This document shows, piece by piece, positions 57,944 through 64,000 of a DNA stretch of 64,000 bases; positions within the stretch are counted from its first letter, which is position 1; every line of letters begins with the position of its first letter. Under the pieces are notes generated by a model. That model made no database searches. It was given only the letters and a program-made list of their open reading frames with translations, and was not told the DNA's origin. The DNA is from Candidatus Bathyarchaeota archaeon. Its GTDB lineage: Archaea; Thermoproteota; Bathyarchaeia; Bathyarchaeales; Bathycorpusculaceae. The stretch lies in NCBI GenBank assembly GCA_963827165.1, contig CAWGZR010000005.1, positions 96,001-160,000 on the forward strand. Direction: 5' to 3'. The position numbers and the translations under genes are program-made.

Positions 57944-58339
57944 ACGAAGCATCCTCAACAAAGCCATCTGCAAAATGCCGAACCGCTACCCGATTAAGGG
58001 TTGTGATGACCGCCGAGGGTTACGGATACGGGAAAGTGTAACTAAGAATCCGACAAGCCCCTAACCACGTGGTTCCCGTATTACTACGCGCCTTCAGGTC
58101 AATTCTGGCTTGAACACCTATAGATTTTAGGCCAAAACCAAAGAAGAACCTAACTACCCAGCCACGTAGACAAACGGGGGCAATTTAGATTATTTAGGGA
58201 ACAGTTAAGTAACTTTTGCCACTTAACATACGTTAATTTTAATAAAGGGATGTTGCAAGTATCCATAAAAGTAAACTTTGCGCAGGGAAGAAAAAAGGGG
58301 TAGTTTCTGGGATTTGACTAAGCGCCAAGCCGTTTGGGT

Positions 58340-59015
58340 AATGACAAAAAAAGTATTCAGCTTAACCCTGATTCTGAACGCGCTCATGACGGTAACGACG
58401 TTGGCGGGAATTCTATATGGTTTCTACTTTGCATGGCCATGGTGGAGACCCTACTATCCAATGCTGATCAGCGGCAACATTTTCGTCATAGCGATTATTG
58501 CTGCACTCATCAACATTTTCCCAAGCGCTGCCATCGGGCGAGCTCTACACACGGGACGCTTCCTATTCCACCACTACGTCTACGGCTTCTTTGTCCTGTT
58601 CACATCCGCCATCTACGTCGTCGCGTTCACTTCAGTTTCCTTAGTAATGCTTTTCCTCGTGAACTCCTCAAGCCTAGCAGTTAACACGGGAAGATTCTTT
58701 CTTTTGACAGGGTTAACTTTGGTTTTAGACGACCTTCCAGACGTTTCAAAAAGAGTCGAATCAACCCTGAACAAGATAAAATCGCAGGCTTGCCGAATAC
58801 GGAAAGTCTTCCATGTACTGCAATTCGTCACAGGCGCTGTCAGCCTCTACATCGTAATTGCCATAGTCGCCTTCGAAATCACTCATCCATCAACAAACAT
58901 CGCCAACTACCTTACACTGGGTACACTCCTAGTTACGAGTCTCACATCGTTTGCCTGCGTAAAAAGAAAAGCTTGGCTCAAAATAACGCCTCCAACAACA
59001 ACGAGCCAACATTAG
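58340..59015 (+). CDS. Hypothetical membrane protein
   Basis: About six TM segments, HHYVYG motif. Confidence 0.7.
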
Positions 59016-59728
59016 CCTTTTTGTCTTAGAATTTCTTTTCCGATCTCTTCCAGCTGCCTCTGAGATAAGCCGCTGGAACTTCTTTGTGAGATTATGTGAT
59101 TTAGCAGCTGTGTAAGTTTGAGGATTGGAACAGTAGGATTGTTCAATCGCAGCGTTGAATGGCTGTTTGTGAAAACTACTATGCCTTCAACCCAGACCCC
59201 GTTCAAATTTAAAGAGGGAGAAGAGTCAATTATTTGTTTTATTTTGTAGGCGTTCCGCTTCACCTGCAGGCTTGGGCTACTTTTAAAATTGGGTCTACCC
59301 GCCCTTTGCCACTCGTCACCGCGGCAAGTTATCTCGCCGCTCCAGTTTTTGGTCTCCAAAACGAAGACGCCGTTTGGACCCAAAACGATGTGATCAATGT
59401 CGCCGCCGCCCGTGCGCAGATGCAGGTCGTTTAACAAAAAATAATCGTCGTTTAGCTTGCTGCTCAACAGTTTAGTTACTTGTTTTTCGCCTTCCCAGCC
59501 GCCGTTGTAAATTCGGTACTTGCGAAGGTAATAATAGAAGAGGGCAAGCGGTACCAGAGAAATAAGCAATGCAGCCGCCTCAAAAATGTACAAGTTCAAA
59601 CCTAAGAAAAAGCTTGAACCTGTTATGAGGACTATTAGACTGAACAAGAAAAGGCAAAAAGCCGCCTTCGCCAAGTACTTTCTAACCTGATTTCTCAAGT
59701 AACTGCCTGAACCCTTTATTTTCTTCAT
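59012..59728 (-). CDS. NERD-domain nuclease-related protein with N-terminal TMs
   Basis: GWEGE, DIDHIVLGPNGVFVLETKNWSG, SPSLQ. Confidence 0.9.
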   Translation of the reverse strand: MKKIKGSGSYLRNQVRKYLAKAAFCLFLFSLIVLITGSSFFLGLNLYIFEAAALLISLVPLALFYYYLRKYRIYNGGWEGEKQVTKLLSSKLNDDYFLLNDLHLRTGGGDIDHIVLGPNGVFVLETKNWSGEITCRGDEWQRAGRPNFKSSPSLQVKRNAYKIKQIIDSSPSLNLNGVWVEGIVVFTNSHSTLRLNNPTVPILKLTQLLNHIISQRSSSGLSQRQLEEIGKEILRQKG

Positions 59729-59881
59729 GAATCAGACCTTAGGACATTTTCGTTTTGATGCTATATTACCTTAATGCATTTTGCCCGTTTTACTTCAAGG
59801 AAAAACAAATCCGTTCTTCATTCCGTTTAGGCACGGGTAAAATTAGCAATCTTTATAATCACACATATTCAATGAGCAAGC

Positions 59882-61081
59882 ATGACTACCAAAAAAGAAA
59901 AAACTGTCCGCAGAATGTTTTTTCTTCCCGCTTTGGGATTGGCAGTCTTCTCTTCGTGGCTTGTGACAGTCACATTTGAGCTTCTTCTGATAAACATCGC
60001 CCACACGTTTAATGTTCAAGTGGGAACCGCAGGTCTTGTGGCCGCCGTGGGTTCCGTGTCGGGTATTGCCGCGGGGCTAATGTTATCTGTCATAAGCGTG
60101 CGTTTCAACCACAAAATACTTTTGATGTTTGGATCAGCTTGTACCAGCTTAGCAACGGTAGGCTTCTTTCTGGCCCCTACGTTTGGTTTGTTATTAGCCA
60201 CCAACATCGCAGTGGGAGCGGGAATAGCATTCGCTACTTCAATGGCTTACTCATTAATCGGGGATTTCTATCCGCTGGAAAAAAGAGGCCGAGCAATCGG
60301 CTGGATTGTTGCATCCACTGCGTTTGCTTACATCGTCGGAACCCCCGTAATAGGCGTAATTGCAGACATCAGTGGTTGGCGCGGGACCATGATTCTGTTT
60401 GCGTTGCCAGTTGCTTTGGCAGGTTTAGTCTTATCTTTTATTGCCGTTCCGAATAAATCAAACCACGACTTAATTATTCGAAAAGAACCGTTTTGGGAAG
60501 GTTGCAAACAGGCTGTCACAAACAGGTCGGCAGTCGCAGCTCTGTTTGTCACGATGTTCAGCATGGCTGAAGGATCAATAGGCTTCTATGCCGTTTCGTA
60601 TTTCAGGTCTCAATTTGCAATTACTATCGCATTGAGTTCCATCGTAATGTTGGTATGTAATGTTCTTTCGGCGGGCGGTGGGGTAGTTGCAGGTATGTTT
60701 GTCAATCGGATAGGTCGAAAGACTCTAGGAACGTTAACTTGCTTTCTCGCGGCTTCGTTTACATTGGCTTTTACTTTCATGCCTACCTTTAACTTGTCCT
60801 GGGCTTTGACTGCCCTCCGGTTTTGGTTTGCTGGAATGTCATTCACCGCGGGCGGCAGCCTAGTGATAGAGCAGCTTCCCAGATTCCGAGCAACCATGAT
60901 GTCGCTTAACACCACCTTCATGAACCTAGGCATGCTCGTGGCTTCTTTCACCGCCGCCTTCGCCCTTGACCTCTACAATTATCAAATATTAGCATTAATT
61001 CTTGGAGGATTGGGCGTAGTTGGAACAATTATCTGGGTAGCTCTCGTTACGGACCCTTGCAAAACTCAGGTTCAAACATAA
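59882..61081 (+). CDS. MFS transporter
   Basis: 12 TM segments, EKRGRAIG, NRIGRK. Confidence 0.9.
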   Translation: MTTKKEKTVRRMFFLPALGLAVFSSWLVTVTFELLLINIAHTFNVQVGTAGLVAAVGSVSGIAAGLMLSVISVRFNHKILLMFGSACTSLATVGFFLAPTFGLLLATNIAVGAGIAFATSMAYSLIGDFYPLEKRGRAIGWIVASTAFAYIVGTPVIGVIADISGWRGTMILFALPVALAGLVLSFIAVPNKSNHDLIIRKEPFWEGCKQAVTNRSAVAALFVTMFSMAEGSIGFYAVSYFRSQFAITIALSSIVMLVCNVLSAGGGVVAGMFVNRIGRKTLGTLTCFLAASFTLAFTFMPTFNLSWALTALRFWFAGMSFTAGGSLVIEQLPRFRATMMSLNTTFMNLGMLVASFTAAFALDLYNYQILALILGGLGVVGTIIWVALVTDPCKTQVQT

Positions 61082-61148
61082 ACAAAAACAAGTTGATTAA
61101 AAACAAAAAATGTCGTTGCCGCAAAAGAGGCAATTGCTGCTTTTTGGT

Positions 61149-62573
61149 TTATTTTTTGTTCATAAGATATTCGTGCATTGCTCTTGCCGCGCGTTTGCCT
61201 GCGCCCATTGCGCTGATTACTGTTGCGGCTCCGGTGGCAACGTCTCCGCCCGCGTAGACTCCGTCTAAGCTGGTTTTGCCGACTTCGTTAACGCATATTG
61301 TTCCGTGTCGAGGGTCGCTTTGTAAACCGTCTGTGGTTCGCTGGATGATTGGGTTTGGTGTTTGTCCAATGGCAATGATTACTGTGTCAACGTCCATTGT
61401 GAACTCTGAGCCCGGAACTTCTCGTACACCTCGCCTGCCTTTTGCGTCAGGTTCGGTTAGCTCCATCGCTATACATTTCATGCTTTTGACCCAGCCGCTT
61501 TCATCGCCATAGAATTCTACTGGTGCGCCGAGAAACTTGCATACCAAGCCTTCTTCTTCAGCGTTCTCGACTTCTTCATGTCTCGCGGGCAACTCAGCAC
61601 GTGAACGTCTATATAGTAAGCAAACATCAGCGCCGAGGCGCATGCTACTTCTTGCGCAGTCCATAGCTACGTTTCCGCCGCCAATGACGACCACGTGTTT
61701 ACCAATGCGTATTGGTGTGTCGTAGTCTGGGAATTGGAATGCCTTCATAAGGTTAACGCGTATTAGGAACTCGTTAGCTGAGTAGATTCCGCCGAGGTTT
61801 TCTCCGCCGCAACCTGTGAACTGTGGCAAGCCTGCTCCGCTGCCGATGAATACTGCGTCGTAACCGTTTTTCATGAGTTCAGGTATTGTGTGGATTCTGC
61901 CTACGAGGTTGCCTAGGCGTAGGTCAACTCCGAGTTTTTGGATGTAGGTTACTTCGTTTTGCACTATTGCTTTGGGTAAACGGAACTCTGGAATGCCGTA
62001 CGATAACACTCCGCCGCCGACATGTAGAGCTTCGAACATTGTGATTTCGTGGCCAAGCTTTACAAGGTCAGCTGCCGCTGTTAAGCCGGCTGGACCTGCA
62101 CCTACTATTGCAACTTTTTTGCCTGTTGGTGCCGTTTTTGGTGGAAGTGCATAGCCATTGTCTCTTTCCCAGTCGGCTAGGAACCGTTCGAGACGTCCGA
62201 TGCTGAGTGGATCGCCCATTTTTCCGATTACACATTTGCTTTGGCATTGTACTTCTTGGGGGCAAACGCGTCCGCAAACTGCTGGCAACGCGTTTTTGGT
62301 CTTTATCAATGCTATTGCTTGGTCGTATTTTTTTTCTCTGAGCAGTTTTATGAAGCCGGGAATTGGAACTTCTACTGGACAACCGGTCATGCATTGTGGT
62401 TTAGGACATTGCAGGCATCGGCTTGCTTCTTCTTGCGCTTCTGTTTCATTGTATCCTAAAGCAACTTCACTGAAGTTTTTAGCTCTAACTTTAGGCTCTT
62501 GTTTAGCCATTTCAACGGCTTTCTTGTTTAACTTTGGTTTAGGCTTAACTTCTGCCACACTTACAACCTCCAC
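61149..62573 (-). CDS. sudA: NfnB/SudA (GltD-like) flavoprotein large subunit
   Basis: RCLQC...CPV, CGRVCPQE, GAGPAG, GGGNVAMD, AGGD. Confidence 0.9.
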   Translation of the reverse strand: MEVVSVAEVKPKPKLNKKAVEMAKQEPKVRAKNFSEVALGYNETEAQEEASRCLQCPKPQCMTGCPVEVPIPGFIKLLREKKYDQAIALIKTKNALPAVCGRVCPQEVQCQSKCVIGKMGDPLSIGRLERFLADWERDNGYALPPKTAPTGKKVAIVGAGPAGLTAAADLVKLGHEITMFEALHVGGGVLSYGIPEFRLPKAIVQNEVTYIQKLGVDLRLGNLVGRIHTIPELMKNGYDAVFIGSGAGLPQFTGCGGENLGGIYSANEFLIRVNLMKAFQFPDYDTPIRIGKHVVVIGGGNVAMDCARSSMRLGADVCLLYRRSRAELPARHEEVENAEEEGLVCKFLGAPVEFYGDESGWVKSMKCIAMELTEPDAKGRRGVREVPGSEFTMDVDTVIIAIGQTPNPIIQRTTDGLQSDPRHGTICVNEVGKTSLDGVYAGGDVATGAATVISAMGAGKRAARAMHEYLMNKK

Positions 62574-63384
62574 GCATTTCCCACAGTACTGAACTTAACC
62601 TTTCTTCAGGCAACATAGTTCGCTGCCTTAGAATCAACTCGTCAAAATCGGTTTTGTGACCGTCAAATTCTGGTCCATCAACACAGCCGAACAACATTTT
62701 GCCGCCGACTGTAACTCTGCAAACACCGCACATGCCCATGCCGTCAATCATTATAGGTGTTAAAGTTACGATAGTTGGTATGCTATAGGGTTTAGTGATT
62801 TCACTAACGTCCTTCATGAGGATCACCGGGCCCATAACTACGCATCGGTCAAACTTTTCTTTCATAAGTAAATCTTTGAGGAATTCTAACCCTTTGGAAC
62901 CGACTGATCCGTCGTCTGTTGCAATGTACACTTTGTCGCTGTAGCGTTTCGCTTCATCCTCCATCATAATGAACTCCTTTGTTCTTGCGCCAAGAATCGT
63001 GGTTACATTGTTGCCAGCTTCTTTCATGGCTTTAGCCTGCAATAGCAAAGGTGCAATCATTACACTTCCGCCGACACAGAGAACTTTGCCGTAGTTTTTG
63101 ACTTCAGATGGGTTGCCAAGTGGACCTGTAACGTTGTCGATGCTTTCGCCTTGGTTTAGTAAGCCAAGTGCTTTGGTTGTTTTGCCGACTTCATGGAAAG
63201 CGAATGATACGGTTCCTTTCACGGTGTCGTATCCTGCGATTGTCAGAGGTACCCGTTCGCCTTCTTTGCCGTTTATAACGATTAAGAATTGGCCCGCTTG
63301 CGATTTAGCCGCAACATCTGGGGCTTCAACTTCGAAGAGTTTTATTTTCGGTGCAAGTTCTTTTTTAGACACTATTTTGTACGT
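62545..63384 (-). CDS. sudB: NfnA/SudB small subunit; start ACG 63384 or GTG 63372
   Basis: GQF, GERVPLTI, GPLG, DGMGMCGVCRV, CVDGPEFDG. Confidence 0.9.
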   Translation of the reverse strand, partial: TYKIVSKKELAPKIKLFEVEAPDVAAKSQAGQFLIVINGKEGERVPLTIAGYDTVKGTVSFAFHEVGKTTKALGLLNQGESIDNVTGPLGNPSEVKNYGKVLCVGGSVMIAPLLLQAKAMKEAGNNVTTILGARTKEFIMMEDEAKRYSDKVYIATDDGSVGSKGLEFLKDLLMKEKFDRCVVMGPVILMKDVSEITKPYSIPTIVTLTPIMIDGMGMCGVCRVTVGGKMLFGCVDGPEFDGHKTDFDELILRQRTMLPEERLSSVLWEMRGGCKCGRS

Positions 63385-64000
63385 TTTGCTTTCGCCTCCA
63401 CGGTTATTTCACATTTTGGTAACGCAGAGATCTTTTTGTAGAATTCATCCAGTTTCTGGGTGAACTCGTCAGCGCATCTGGGTGACTCTTCATAAATTGT
63501 GAATCGTTCAAGCAGGTTGTTCTTTTTCAGCACCGTGAATAATGCAGCTAGGTTACGCTCTGCAGTGGCTCTGCCTTCTTGAAGTTTGCAATCTTGTGCG
63601 GAGCACACTACCGCCATTACGCCGTCGAAACCGCAGTTCAAAGCGTTGACTATGTGGACTGGGTCTAAAGACTTGAAGCAGGGGACTTCGAGAGTTAGCA
63701 CGTTTTTGCCTGCAAAGACGCTGTTAGGGTTGTCTAAAGATGAGAAGTTTGACCATTGACAAACGAATGCTAGAACTGCTGGACTCTGGTTTTTAGATTT
63801 CAACTTTGCAAGAGAATCAGCGTATCGATCCACTACGTTTTCAAATTCGAAGCCTTTCACCTGAATTGCGTGATGTGGACAAACAAGCTGGCATGCACCG
63901 CAGCCAACACATTTCTCCTCATCCACCTTTGGAGTGGCGAATGATTCGAATGTTATCGCTTTGTAGGGACAGATGAAGATGCATTTGTCACAGCCGACGC
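63372..64000 (-). CDS. Ferredoxin plus MvhD/FlpD-like fusion protein, 3' part (start outside the window)
   Basis: Two CxxCxxCxxxCP motifs, then AFVCQW, VPC, ALNCGFDGV, CSAQDC. Confidence 0.85.
   Translation of the reverse strand, partial: VGCDKCIFICPYKAITFESFATPKVDEEKCVGCGACQLVCPHHAIQVKGFEFENVVDRYADSLAKLKSKNQSPAVLAFVCQWSNFSSLDNPNSVFAGKNVLTLEVPCFKSLDPVHIVNALNCGFDGVMAVVCSAQDCKLQEGRATAERNLAALFTVLKKNNLLERFTIYEESPRCADEFTQKLDEFYKKISALPKCEITVEAKAKRTK

Noticed and set aside
449-63463. Numerous antisense or alternate-frame ORFs inside well-supported genes
   Set aside because: Shadow ORFs of conserved coding sequences with no independent evidence.

Overview
Archaeal chromosomal window, probably Bathyarchaeia (inferred from TACK-type informational genes, H4MPT enzymes and the characteristic PQQ-repeat and secreted surface proteins). 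The core genes are scpA-smc, aspS/NusA-like/Alba, tfb-gar1, rpl40e, rpl7ae-rps28e-rpl24e, a complete seven-gene DapL-type lysine operon, two adjacent methylene-H4MPT dehydrogenases (F420- and NAD(P)-type), archease/rtcB, an intron-containing tRNA-Gly(UCC), form III RuBisCO with AMP phosphorylase, and an MvhD-fusion/NfnAB operon. The most unusual part is an AT-rich integrated element of about 9 kb (about 5.2-14.25 kb). It encodes an atypical tyrosine recombinase, two ParB-domain proteins, a decayed terminase large subunit and a chain of coupled zinc-finger micro-ORFs, but no recognisable capsid or portal gene. It also contains a duplicated module (palindromic site, promoter, IS1-InsA-like Zn-ribbon micro-gene) and a family of lox/FRT-shaped 13-6-13 bp sites, two of which bracket a ~545 bp non-coding segment in inverted orientation. 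All calls come from reading the sequence by eye; no database searches were run.
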